A stretch of 64,000 nucleotides of DNA. It comes from Polyangia bacterium. Lineage in GTDB: Bacteria; Myxococcota_A; Polyangia; Fen-1088. The position numbers were made by a program, and so were the translations under genes. Under the pieces are notes generated by a model. The model searched no databases. It was not told the DNA's origin and was given only the letters and a program-made list of their open reading frames with translations. Of the stretch, positions 50,977-60,227 are shown piece by piece. The first letter of the stretch is position 1, and the number at the start of each line of letters is the position of its first letter. Location: assembly GCA_035696125.1 (NCBI GenBank), contig DASRQZ010000213.1:59048-123047 (forward strand). The letters are read 5' to 3'.

Positions 50977-51503
50977 CAGAGAATCCCCGCCGCGAACGCC
51001 ACGTCGGGGAACAAGACCTTACCGTCGGCCGCCTGGCGCATGGCATCCAGGGTCGCGACCACGACATCGTAGGCGATCGTCCCGTCGGCGTTGAAGTTGG
51101 CCTTGGTCTCGTCGGCGTTGTCGGGCGCTGACTTGATCTCCAGCAGCTTGGACGTCAGCGAGATGTAGTCGTACTGGCCGTTCGGCAGCTTGGGAATCAT
51201 CGGCAGCACGCCGCCCGAGGCAGCGACGGTGAAGCCCGAGGCGCCCACCGACACAGTGAGGTTGAGCGGCGGCTTGTCCGGCTTCTCGTCATCGGTCGCC
51301 CCGGCCCCGCTGGACAGGGTGGGGACGCTGACGTTGACATTACCGAGGGCCACCTGATTCACCACCGACGCGAGCAGGAAGATGATGATGTTGGTGACGA
51401 TGTCCATGTACGGCACGAGGTTGATCTCGCCCGTGTCTTCCTCGAGCTCGTCATGGTGATCTCGCATCCGGCGCATCGCGGCCCGGACTTGGCTTCTGGT
51501 CAT
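50976..51503 (-). CDS. exbD: ExbD/TolR family protein (second copy)
   Basis: INLVPYMDIVTNIIIFLL TM motif. Confidence 0.75.
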   Translation of the reverse strand: MTRSQVRAAMRRMRDHHDELEEDTGEINLVPYMDIVTNIIIFLLASVVNQVALGNVNVSVPTLSSGAGATDDEKPDKPPLNLTVSVGASGFTVAASGGVLPMIPKLPNGQYDYISLTSKLLEIKSAPDNADETKANFNADGTIAYDVVVATLDAMRQAADGKVLFPDVAFAAGIL

Positions 51504-51567
51504 GAGGACCTTTGAACCTTGGGCTCTGGGATCTGGTTCCTACGTGAGGTGCAGATGGCCTTACGCC

Positions 51568-52212
51568 TTACGCCTTGCCCGTCGCGCCACCCTGGGCCGA
51601 CTCGGCCAGTAGGTTCTCGAGCTTGAGCGAGAACGCCTCCAGGTCGCTGACCTGCTTCTTGGAGGCCGACGAGAGGAAGGCGTGGGCGATGATGCAGGTG
51701 ACGGCGATGCCGAGACCCATGGCGGTGTTATTGAGTGCCTCGGAGATGCCCCGGGCCAGCAGCGCGGAGCGCTCCTCCGGCTTGGCGGCCGAGACGGCGC
51801 CGAATGCGCGGATGAGGCCGACGACCGTGCCGAGGAGTCCGACCAGGGTCGCGATGTTGGCGATCGACCAGAGGATCTGCACCCGCTTCTTGAGTAGCGG
51901 GGTCACGTCGACCAGGGTCTCCTCGATCGACTGCGCCATCGCGATCTCGCCGCGGTGGATCCGTTGCAAGCCGGCGCGCGCGACCTGGGCCACCGGTGCC
52001 TCGGTCGCGGAGCACAGCTTGACGGCGCGGTCGATGTTGTTGGCGAGCACGAGTTTCCGGATCTGCTCCAGGAAGGCGCGCGCGTTCACCGAGCCCTTGC
52101 CGAGGAAGAAGATCGCGCGGTCGACGATGATCGCCAACGTGATGATCGAAACCACCAGGTTGACGTACATGAGCGTGCCGCCTTGTTCTAAGAACTGTGC
52201 CAGTCCTTGCAT
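51568..52212 (-). CDS. exbB: ExbB/TolQ/MotA-family proton channel
   Basis: 3-TM MotA_ExbB domain (LWSIANIATLVGLLGTVVGLIRAF). Confidence 0.8.
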   Translation of the reverse strand: MQGLAQFLEQGGTLMYVNLVVSIITLAIIVDRAIFFLGKGSVNARAFLEQIRKLVLANNIDRAVKLCSATEAPVAQVARAGLQRIHRGEIAMAQSIEETLVDVTPLLKKRVQILWSIANIATLVGLLGTVVGLIRAFGAVSAAKPEERSALLARGISEALNNTAMGLGIAVTCIIAHAFLSSASKKQVSDLEAFSLKLENLLAESAQGGATGKA

Positions 52213-52412
52213 CTCTTCCTCTACCTTTCGCGCGCGCCCAGCGCCGCCAATCGACTCTCAGGGTTGAAAAGTAATCTTCCGGAACTCTCTTCGGCCGTTT
52301 TCGAAAGTCTCTGAACTGTTTTTGACCGTCTCACGGCCTACTTGGCTGCTTCAGGGTATGCCGTGAGGCCGCTATCTTATCGGCGCGGCCCAGGGTGTCA
52401 AGCTATGCGCTT

Positions 52413-53375
52413 TCAGGATCTGGGCTTGATGTATGGTGTTGGTTCGATGTGGATTACCACGTCGGATAGCTCGGGAAACTTTAGCTTGAGGTCGTTTTCG
52501 ATCTGGCTTGCCAGGCGGTGGGCGTCCATGACGCTCATGCCGGCCGCGACCTGCATGTGCAGGTCCAGCTCGACGGCGTTGCGCATGCCGCGCGAACGGA
52601 CGCGGTGGACGTTCTCGACCCCCCTGACCCGGCCGGCGAGATCGATGATGCGCGCCGGATCCAGGATGGCTGCGTCGAGCAAGACCGGGACGTTGTCCTT
52701 GAAGACCATCCAGGCGGCGCGCCCGACCAGGACCACCAGGATGAGCGCGCCCGCCCCGTCGGCCCAGGCCCACCCATTTCGGACCGCCAGAAATGAGAGC
52801 AGCACGGCCCCCGAGGCGTAAAGGTCGGACTGGGTATGCTTGGCGTCGGCGCAAAGCAGGTGACTGCTGAGCTCGTGGCCGCGATGATGCTCGTAACGGG
52901 TCACGAAGAAGTTGATGACCATGGTCCCGATGACCACCGCGAACGCCGACCAGCCAACGCGGGGCGCGGCGCGGTGGCCGCGCAGCGACTCGACCGCGGC
53001 GCCAGCCAGCTCGAACAGACCGATCACGATCAACACGCCGATGCCCAGCGCGGCCAGGATCTCGATCTTGCGGTGGCCGTAGGGGTGCCGGGGGTTGGCG
53101 GGCGCTGTCGACCAATGCAAGCCCAGCAACGCCAGCACGTTGGAGGCACCGTCCAGCATCGAGTGGACCGCGTCGGTACCCAGGGCGACCGATCCGGTGA
53201 GGTAGCCGTAGCCGGCCTTGCTGATCGCCACCACCGCGTTGAGGGCGAGCGTGATCCAGAACACCCGGCGCACCGCGCGCATCCGGTCGTCGGCCGAGCT
53301 CACGTTGAGGCGCGCCGCCGCGTGCCCGTGGGCATCGTCATGATCGTGCGCGCACGGATCAGAACTGCTGCTCAT
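52413..53375 (-). CDS. Cation diffusion facilitator (CDF) family metal efflux transporter
   Basis: His-rich N-terminus, 6 TM, conserved HSMLDGASN and C-terminal cytoplasmic domain. Confidence 0.85.
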   Translation of the reverse strand: MSSSSDPCAHDHDDAHGHAAARLNVSSADDRMRAVRRVFWITLALNAVVAISKAGYGYLTGSVALGTDAVHSMLDGASNVLALLGLHWSTAPANPRHPYGHRKIEILAALGIGVLIVIGLFELAGAAVESLRGHRAAPRVGWSAFAVVIGTMVINFFVTRYEHHRGHELSSHLLCADAKHTQSDLYASGAVLLSFLAVRNGWAWADGAGALILVVLVGRAAWMVFKDNVPVLLDAAILDPARIIDLAGRVRGVENVHRVRSRGMRNAVELDLHMQVAAGMSVMDAHRLASQIENDLKLKFPELSDVVIHIEPTPYIKPRS

Positions 53376-53444
53376 CGGAGATCGGGGTCCATGGGCGGCG
53401 CTCCTGAAGGATGAGGGAAGCGTACCGCGTTTGAGGGGGAATTC

Positions 53445-53570
53445 CCGTCGGCGTCGGCGTCGGCGTCAGCGTGGGCGACCGGAAGCGGGAACGGAGCCGG
53501 AATCGCCGACGCCGACGCCGACGCCGACGCTGACGCCGACGGATCGATCGCATTCGTGGGATTCATCGGC
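53445..53570. repeat. Degenerate copy of the MITE-like hexamer hairpin element
   Basis: (GTCGGC)3-GTCAGCGTGGGCG-loop-(GCCGAC)5. Right end GGATCGATCGCATTCGTGGGATTCATC is homologous to the 40690-40859 right TIR. No clear TSD. Confidence 0.7.
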
Positions 53571-53636
53571 GCAGGGAGGGAGGAGGCAGACCTTGCGAGC
53601 GTCAAGCCTCTCGCTCGGGCATCGGCAGGGGCGACG

Positions 53637-55292
53637 TCAGTCTTCGGTCTTGCTCGCGCCTGTGCCCTTCTTGGCGCTGGCCGCGTCGTTGGCCACCGGC
53701 GCTGCGGGCAGGGCGTTACCCTCCAGGTCGCGCAGCTCCACGGGGGCGAGCTTGGCCAGCGCGTCGCGGTTCGACTTCTCGTCGCCGACCACCACCACGG
53801 CCAGCCTTTCGGGGACCAGGTACTTGCGAGCCACGCGGTGCACGTCCTGCTTGCTGACCGCCGCGACCTTGCGCGTGTACTCGATCAGGTACTTGTCGGG
53901 CAACCCATAGATCGCCAGGTCGGCGAGCTGTCCGGCGGTGCTGGCGCGGGTCGCGAAGCGGGCCGGGAAGGACTTGATGATCTGGTCCTTGGCGCGTGAC
54001 AGCTCGGCGTCGGTCACCTCGGTGTCGCGGATGGCGTTCACCTCTTTCAGGATCTCGGCCACCGAGTCGGCGGTGTGGGTGGCGACGAACTCACCGCCTG
54101 CAGAGAACGGTCCGGGGCTCCGGCGGCTGTCGAAGGTCGAGCGGGCGCCGTAGGTCCACCCCTTGCCCTCGCGCAGGTTCAGGTCCAACCGGTAGAAGCC
54201 GCCGCCCAGGATCAAGTTCATCACCGTGACCGGGATGTAGTCCGGGTTGGTGCGCTCGATGCCCACCAGGCCGACCCGGATCGACGACTGTGGCGCGTCG
54301 GCCTTGTCGATGAGATAGATCTTGGTCTTGCTGGGAACCGGCGGCGCGGCCAGCTTGCGCCTCGGCACGCCGCGCGCCTGCCAGCCCTTGAGCGCCGTCT
54401 CCAGCTTGGCCTTGAGCTCTTTTTCGGTGATGTCGCCGGCGACGATCACCACCGCGTTGTTGGGACGATAGTGATTGTCGTAGAACTTGCGCAGGTCGGC
54501 GAGGGTCAGCTTCTTCAACGACGCCTCGACCCCGGTCATCGGCCACCCGAAGGGGTGCTTGTCGCCATAAAGGACCCGGCCCAGGGCCAGCGCCGAGGTG
54601 ACGGGCGGGCTGTCCTTGCGGCGCACGATCGCGGTCAACAAGTTATCTCGTACCCGGGTGAATTCCTGCTCGGCGAAGGCCGGGTGAAGGATGACGTCGG
54701 CCCAGATTGCCAGCGCCGCGTCCAGGTTCTTGGTCAGCGTCGAGAGCACGGCGCTCGAGGCGTCCCAGGAGCCGGACGTGCCCAGCCCGGCCCCCAGCTG
54801 GGCGATCTCGTCGGCGATCTGGATCGCGCTGCGGCTCTTGGTCCCCTCGTCCAGCATGTTGGCGGTCATCTCCGCCAGGCCCGCCAGCTCGGGAGGGTTG
54901 TCGCCGCCGCCCGACCTGATGAACAGGCTGACGTCGACCAGCGGCAGCTCGTGGAACTCGGACAGCATCACCTCGAGGCCGTTCTTCAACTTGAAGCGCC
55001 GGTAGGCAGGCACCTTGAACTGCGGCTCGGGCCCGGGCGCCGGCGCATTGGCGCGGAAGGGGGCGTCGGGCGTCTTTCGGTCGGGCGGCGCAGGTGCCAC
55101 CGGCGCCACGGGGGCACGCGGCGGCGGCGGCGTCGGCGCATAGACCGTCCGGGGCGGAAGCGCCCCCGGCGCGACCGCGACGACCGGGGAGGGCGGGGGC
55201 GCCTGGTGAGCTGCGCAAGCGCCGAGCCCGCTGGTCGCGCCCAGCAGCGCGCCGGCCAGAACGTAGCCACCCGCCTGGGAACGGCGGCTCAT
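53637..55292 (-). CDS. M16 family peptidase-like protein (likely non-catalytic partner), secreted
   Basis: Pitrilysin-fold domains without the HxxEH motif; Pro-rich N-terminal region after the signal peptide. Confidence 0.75.
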   Translation of the reverse strand: MSRRSQAGGYVLAGALLGATSGLGACAAHQAPPPSPVVAVAPGALPPRTVYAPTPPPPRAPVAPVAPAPPDRKTPDAPFRANAPAPGPEPQFKVPAYRRFKLKNGLEVMLSEFHELPLVDVSLFIRSGGGDNPPELAGLAEMTANMLDEGTKSRSAIQIADEIAQLGAGLGTSGSWDASSAVLSTLTKNLDAALAIWADVILHPAFAEQEFTRVRDNLLTAIVRRKDSPPVTSALALGRVLYGDKHPFGWPMTGVEASLKKLTLADLRKFYDNHYRPNNAVVIVAGDITEKELKAKLETALKGWQARGVPRRKLAAPPVPSKTKIYLIDKADAPQSSIRVGLVGIERTNPDYIPVTVMNLILGGGFYRLDLNLREGKGWTYGARSTFDSRRSPGPFSAGGEFVATHTADSVAEILKEVNAIRDTEVTDAELSRAKDQIIKSFPARFATRASTAGQLADLAIYGLPDKYLIEYTRKVAAVSKQDVHRVARKYLVPERLAVVVVGDEKSNRDALAKLAPVELRDLEGNALPAAPVANDAASAKKGTGASKTED

Positions 55293-56692
55293 TTCTTCAC
55301 CCGTCCCATGATAGGGGCCTCGGAGTTGGGATCGACGGTCACGATCACGCGCGTCTCCTTCTTCAAGTATTGCCCGGCCACCCGCTGTAGGGCGGCGCCG
55401 TCGACCGCGCGGTAAAGGCGCAGGTCCTCGCCCAGGAATCCTGGGTCGCCGAGCAGGTAGTTGTAGCCCTGCAGGCGCTCGGCACGCGCCTGTAGCGGCT
55501 CCAGGTTGCGGATGGTGTCCGACTCGAGCTGGTTCTTGGCCCGATCCAGCTCGGCGGGCGAGGGCGGCTCGCGGCGCAGTCTGTCGAGCTCCTCGTCGAT
55601 CACGCCCAGCAACTCGTCCAGGGTGTGGCCGGGCATGGGCGAGGCGTTGATCTCGAAGTAGCTGGCCAGCTTCTGGCTGTCCTGCGACGCCGATACGCTC
55701 TGCGCGATCTTCATGTCGTAGACCAGGCGCCGGTACAGGCGCGACGCCTTGCCGTTGGCGAGCAGGTTGGCGATCAGATCCAGCTCGCGGTCCCCGGAGG
55801 CGAAGCTGGGCGGGGAAGGAAAGGCCAGCGACAGGAACGGCTGCTGCACCTTGGCCTCCATGGCGATGCGCCTGGGCGCCGTCAGCACCGGGAGGGGCGG
55901 CGTCACCTGCGCCGGCGCCGCTTCGGCCGGCGGGATCGGCGCGAAGTACTTCTCGACCAGCTCCTTGATCTGGGTGCGCTCGAAGTCGCCGGCGATGGTC
56001 AGGGTGGCGTTGCCGGGGGCGTAGTAGGTGCGAAAGAAGGCCTTGACGTCGTCGACCGAGGCGACCGACAGGTCCTCCATCGACCCGATGACCTCGTGGT
56101 GGTAGGGGTGCTGCGGCGGGTAGAGCGCCTCGAGGATCAAGCGTGACATGAGGCCCATGGGCCGGTTCTCGACGCGCTGGCGGCGCTCGTTCTTGACCAC
56201 GTCGCGCTGGTTATCGAGCGTTTCGCGGAACCCGGGACGGTCGAGCAGGAACCCCATGCGGTCGCTCTCCAGCCACAGCGCCAGCTCGACCTGGTTCGAG
56301 GGAACGACCTCGAAGTAGTTGGTGCGGTCGGGCGAGGTCGACCCGTTGACGTTGGAGGCGCCCGCCTTCTGCAGATACTCGAAGTGCTTGTCCTCGGCGA
56401 CGTGCTTGGTGCCCTGGAACATCACGTGCTCGAACAGGTGCGCGAAGCCGGTGCGGCCGGCGACCTCGTCTTTGGATCCGACCTTGTACCAGACGTCGAC
56501 CACCACCTCGGGCACGCGATGGTCCTCGTGCAGGATCACCTCGAGGCCATTGGGGAGGGCGTACTTCTCGAAGGGAAGTTGGGGAACGTTGGGGACGACA
56601 GTGGGCGGGATCTCGGCGGTGGTCGACTCCACGCCGTGCGCGTGCAAGCCGAGGACGAGAGCGGCTGGAAGCAGAGCGGCGGCCGTCAGCAT
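55289..56692 (-). CDS. M16 family zinc peptidase (catalytic subunit)
   Basis: HLFEH (HxxEH) zinc-binding motif plus downstream conserved Glu region. Confidence 0.85.
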   Translation of the reverse strand: MLTAAALLPAALVLGLHAHGVESTTAEIPPTVVPNVPQLPFEKYALPNGLEVILHEDHRVPEVVVDVWYKVGSKDEVAGRTGFAHLFEHVMFQGTKHVAEDKHFEYLQKAGASNVNGSTSPDRTNYFEVVPSNQVELALWLESDRMGFLLDRPGFRETLDNQRDVVKNERRQRVENRPMGLMSRLILEALYPPQHPYHHEVIGSMEDLSVASVDDVKAFFRTYYAPGNATLTIAGDFERTQIKELVEKYFAPIPPAEAAPAQVTPPLPVLTAPRRIAMEAKVQQPFLSLAFPSPPSFASGDRELDLIANLLANGKASRLYRRLVYDMKIAQSVSASQDSQKLASYFEINASPMPGHTLDELLGVIDEELDRLRREPPSPAELDRAKNQLESDTIRNLEPLQARAERLQGYNYLLGDPGFLGEDLRLYRAVDGAALQRVAGQYLKKETRVIVTVDPNSEAPIMGRVKK

Positions 56693-56868
56693 GGGCGCTT
56701 TCTTACCACGTCGCGGCGCGTGTCGGCGGTCACTCGGTAGGGATCAGCGAGAGATCAGCGAGGGATCAAGAAGACAGATGATCCCGGCGTGAAATCGACA
56801 CTCACAGATCGTGACGCGGCTAGGGTTCGGGGTAATTATCTGGGACAATCGGACCCCAGCGACGAACG

Positions 56869-57528
56869 ATGACCGCCCAGGATAGTCTCAGCCCGGTGCC
56901 GCCGGACCTGTCGTCGCTGACCGACGATGAGCTGATCGCGCGCGCGAAGCAGAAGGACTTCTCCGCCTTCGAGGCGCTGCTGGAGCGCTACGAGGATAAG
57001 GTCTTTCGTCTGGCGTACCGCTTTGTGCGCAACGAGTCCGACGCCAAGGAGATCCTGCAGGACACCTTCCTCTCGGTGTGGCGCAAGCTGGACACCTTCA
57101 AGGGGGACTCGCAGTTTTCCAGCTGGGTGTACCGCGTGGCCGCCAACACCGCGCTCATGCGCCTGCGCACGCAGCGGCGCCACCCCCAGATCTCCACCGA
57201 GGATCTGCCACCTGGTTTCCTCGACGGGTTTCGACCGGCCACCGGCGGCGGCGAGGGGCTGGCGCACCTGCCCTCGCCGGGCGAGAACTGGGCCAAGCGC
57301 CCGGACGAGCAGCTGCAGTCCGACGAGCTGCGCCGCCACATCCAGACCGCCGTCGACGCCCTGCCGGAGCTGTATCGGACCGTGTTTCTGATCCGCGACG
57401 TCGAAGGTCTGTCGACCGAGGAGACCGCCGAAGTGCTGGGCATCTCGGTGCCGACGGTGAAGACCAGACTCCACCGCGCGCGGATCGCCTTGCGCGAAGC
57501 GATCGCAAAGTACTTCAACCAGACCTGA
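56869..57528 (+). CDS. ECF (RpoE-like) sigma-70 family sigma factor
   Basis: Region 2 (FEALLERYEDKVFRLAYRFVRNESDAKEILQDTFLSVWRKL) and region 4 HTH. Confidence 0.85.
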   Translation: MTAQDSLSPVPPDLSSLTDDELIARAKQKDFSAFEALLERYEDKVFRLAYRFVRNESDAKEILQDTFLSVWRKLDTFKGDSQFSSWVYRVAANTALMRLRTQRRHPQISTEDLPPGFLDGFRPATGGGEGLAHLPSPGENWAKRPDEQLQSDELRRHIQTAVDALPELYRTVFLIRDVEGLSTEETAEVLGISVPTVKTRLHRARIALREAIAKYFNQT

Positions 57529-57600
57529 CGGATCTCACTTCAGCTGACCGGGCGGAACTTGATCCCGCAGCCCAGGCTCCTGGTCTGGGGCTGCGCGAAC

Positions 57601-57759
57601 CTGGCACCGAACGGTTTGAAAGCTGCGCCGCGGCACCCTGGTGGGCCTCTGGCTTCGGGCCTCGGACCTCCCGTGAAGAGTCCTCCAGAGGTCGGAGGCC
57701 CGGGGCCCGAGGCCCCTGACCGGGTGATGACGGCTCATTCAAACCGTTCGGTGTTCCAG
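57601..57759 (+). promoter_or_regulatory. Long-range 20-nt inverted repeat enclosing a GC-rich structured segment between the ECF sigma gene and the kinase gene
   Basis: ctggcaccgaacggtttgaa (57601-57620) pairs with ttcaaaccgttcggtg(t)tccag (57738-57759). Confidence 0.35.
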
Positions 57760-57862
57760 CCCGCCGGCCCTGTGCCTGCCAACGCCAGGGGTGGGTGGTT
57801 TGGGCACGCCCCCGCTCGCGCCGCCTCAAGCTTCGCAAGCGGCAAGCCGAATTGACTACAGA

Positions 57863-60046
57863 ATGTCCATGCCAGATACCGACGCCAAGACCGATTCACT
57901 GGTTGGCCAGCTCATCGACGGTCGGTATCGAATCTCCCGGGAGATCGCGGTCGGCGGCATGGGCGTGGTGTACGAAGCGAAGCACGCCAAGATAGGACGT
58001 TCGGTCGCGGTCAAGGTGCTGCACCGCGAGATGGCGGGCGACACCGAGGTCGTGGGTCGCTTCCTCAATGAAGCCCGTGCCATGGGGACCATCGGCCATC
58101 CCAACATCGTCGCTTGCACCGATTTCGGCGAGCTGCCCGGCCACCTGCCATACCTTGTTCTGGAGTACCTGGAGGGAAAGACGCTGGGCGAGGCCATCGC
58201 GGCATCGGGCCCCTTCCCGGTCGTGCGCACCCTGCGCATCGCCGCCCAGGTCGCGTCGGCGCTGGAGGCCGCTCATTCGCGCGGCGTGATCCACCGCGAT
58301 CTGACGTCGGGAAACGTGTTCCTCACCAGGACCGACGGCGACTGGGACCACGCCAAGGTCCTCGATTTCGGCATCTCGAAGTTCCTGACCGCGACCGAGG
58401 CCAGCCCCAAGACCCGCCGCGGCTTCACCATGGGAACGCCGGAGTTCATGTCGCCCGAGCAGATCACCCACCCGGATGTCGTGGACGCCCGCGTCGACGT
58501 GTACGCGCTGGGCGTCATCATCTATCACATGCTGTCCGGCAGGACCCCCTTCGGCGGCGTCGCCGTGCAGACCCTGTTCCTGCAAGTGGTCAACGAGCTT
58601 CCTCCACACATCGAGCGGACCGATATCCCGCCCGAGGTGCTGGCCCTGCTCGACAAGGCGCTGTCCAAGAACCCCGACGACCGCTTCGCCAACATGAGAG
58701 AGATGGGGCAGGAGCTGGAGATGCTGGCCCCGGCTCCAGCGCAGATGCTGAGCGGCGCCTACTCGGGTCGCGTCGAAGCGCTCCCGGGCGGCCGCGTCGG
58801 CACCGGCCCGATTCCGGTGCGCTGGAACACCGCCTCGCAAAGGGTGAGGGCCAAGTCTGGCGGGTACCCGGCCGCGAGCCGCACCTCGCTGGTCGAGATG
58901 GCGGCCGCGAAGGCAACCTCCGGCGAACGAACTGGTTCCAGGTCGTCCTCCAAGCTGCTCGCGGGTGCGCTGGGCCTGGCGATCTTTGCCGCCGCCGGCT
59001 GGTTCTTCCTGGGCAGGGGTGACCCGGCGACCACGCGCTCGGGTGTCGCGAGCCAGGCCGGGGGCGCGCCCGTCGCTGCGGTGCCCTCGGGCCCTGTGCT
59101 GTTCCAGGTCTTCTCATCCGCTCCATCGGCGCGGGTCCTGTTCCGCGGGCGCGCCCACCAGATCCCCTTCGCCGAGACGGTGGTGGCCGACGTCAAGCTC
59201 GAGCTGGTTGAGATCACCGCCCCCGGTCGGGAGGGCCGTCGCTTCTGGTTGACCATGGACCATCCCATGCAGCTCACCGTCGACCTTCTGCCCGGCCGCG
59301 GCGTCATCGACGCCACCACCGAGGAGGCCCAGATCGCCCTCGGCGAGCGCACCGCGGCGCCTGCCGCGCCCTCACTCTCCGCGCCACCCGCGACCGCGGC
59401 CGAGGCCGGGACTTTCGCCGGCGCGTCCTCCACCGGTGCCTCTTCACACCGGAGCAGCTCGCGCGGCAAGGTCGTGGTCGCTGCCCTCGCCGCCGCGCCC
59501 AAGGGGGGCAAGGGCACGACCAGCAATTCGGCCCCCGGCCCCACGACCGCACCATCGATCGAGCCGCCCACGCCGCCGCCCCCCGCGCCGTCCGTCCCCG
59601 CCAGGGCCACCGCGCCGGCGCCCGAGCCGGTCGTCGCAGCGCCGCCCTCCGAGGTGGTCCCGCCGCCCGCGCCGCCCAAGGCCGTGGTGCCCGCCCACCC
59701 CGCGCCGGCCGCGGCCTTGGTCCCGAGCAGCGCGTTGGCCGCGTCGCACGTGCCGGTCGGTGGCAGCATCGATTCCGCCAGGGTGCAGCAGGTGTTCAGC
59801 CAGCACCAGGTCGATGTCCAGCGTTGCCACCAGCGCGCCAAGATCGACAACTCCGACGTCCGCGGCAAGCTCAACATGAAGATCGCCGTCTCCCCGTCGG
59901 GACAGGTCACCGCCGCCACCATCGAGTCGTCCAATCTGCACAACCGCGCCCTCGAGGAGTGCGTCGCCGCCGCGGTGCAGAGCTGGTCCTTCCCCGCCCC
60001 CACCGGCGGCCCGGTGACGTTGAGCCACCAGTTCGTGCTGCGCTAG
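57863..60046 (+). CDS. Ser/Thr protein kinase with TM segment and C-terminal Pro/Ala-rich + beta domain
   Basis: Hanks kinase motifs (GGMGVVYEAKH, VAVK, HRDLTSGNVFL, DFGIS, TPEFMSPEQ); start at MSMPD (57863). Confidence 0.85.
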   Translation: MSMPDTDAKTDSLVGQLIDGRYRISREIAVGGMGVVYEAKHAKIGRSVAVKVLHREMAGDTEVVGRFLNEARAMGTIGHPNIVACTDFGELPGHLPYLVLEYLEGKTLGEAIAASGPFPVVRTLRIAAQVASALEAAHSRGVIHRDLTSGNVFLTRTDGDWDHAKVLDFGISKFLTATEASPKTRRGFTMGTPEFMSPEQITHPDVVDARVDVYALGVIIYHMLSGRTPFGGVAVQTLFLQVVNELPPHIERTDIPPEVLALLDKALSKNPDDRFANMREMGQELEMLAPAPAQMLSGAYSGRVEALPGGRVGTGPIPVRWNTASQRVRAKSGGYPAASRTSLVEMAAAKATSGERTGSRSSSKLLAGALGLAIFAAAGWFFLGRGDPATTRSGVASQAGGAPVAAVPSGPVLFQVFSSAPSARVLFRGRAHQIPFAETVVADVKLELVEITAPGREGRRFWLTMDHPMQLTVDLLPGRGVIDATTEEAQIALGERTAAPAAPSLSAPPATAAEAGTFAGASSTGASSHRSSSRGKVVVAALAAAPKGGKGTTSNSAPGPTTAPSIEPPTPPPPAPSVPARATAPAPEPVVAAPPSEVVPPPAPPKAVVPAHPAPAAALVPSSALAASHVPVGGSIDSARVQQVFSQHQVDVQRCHQRAKIDNSDVRGKLNMKIAVSPSGQVTAATIESSNLHNRALEECVAAAVQSWSFPAPTGGPVTLSHQFVLR

Positions 60047-60093
60047 GCGCCGCGGCGTAGCCGCTCGCGGGGGGCTGAGGACAGCCGCCCCAG

Positions 60094-60150
60094 GTGCGCC
60101 CCACGTGCGCCCCACGTGCTCCGATCACGCCGACGCTGACGCCGACGGGG
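60094..60150. repeat. Tandem 11-mer (GTGCGCCCCAC x2) abutting a GATCACGCCGACGCTGACGCCGACGG hexamer module
   Basis: Directly read, intergenic between the kinase stop and the next gene. Confidence 0.85.
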
Positions 60151-60227
60151 TCGCTGACGGGGATAGTGCGCCCGAGCGTAGTCCGGCGGCTCCTCGGGAG
60201 AAACCCGGATATAATCCACGCTCCTCA

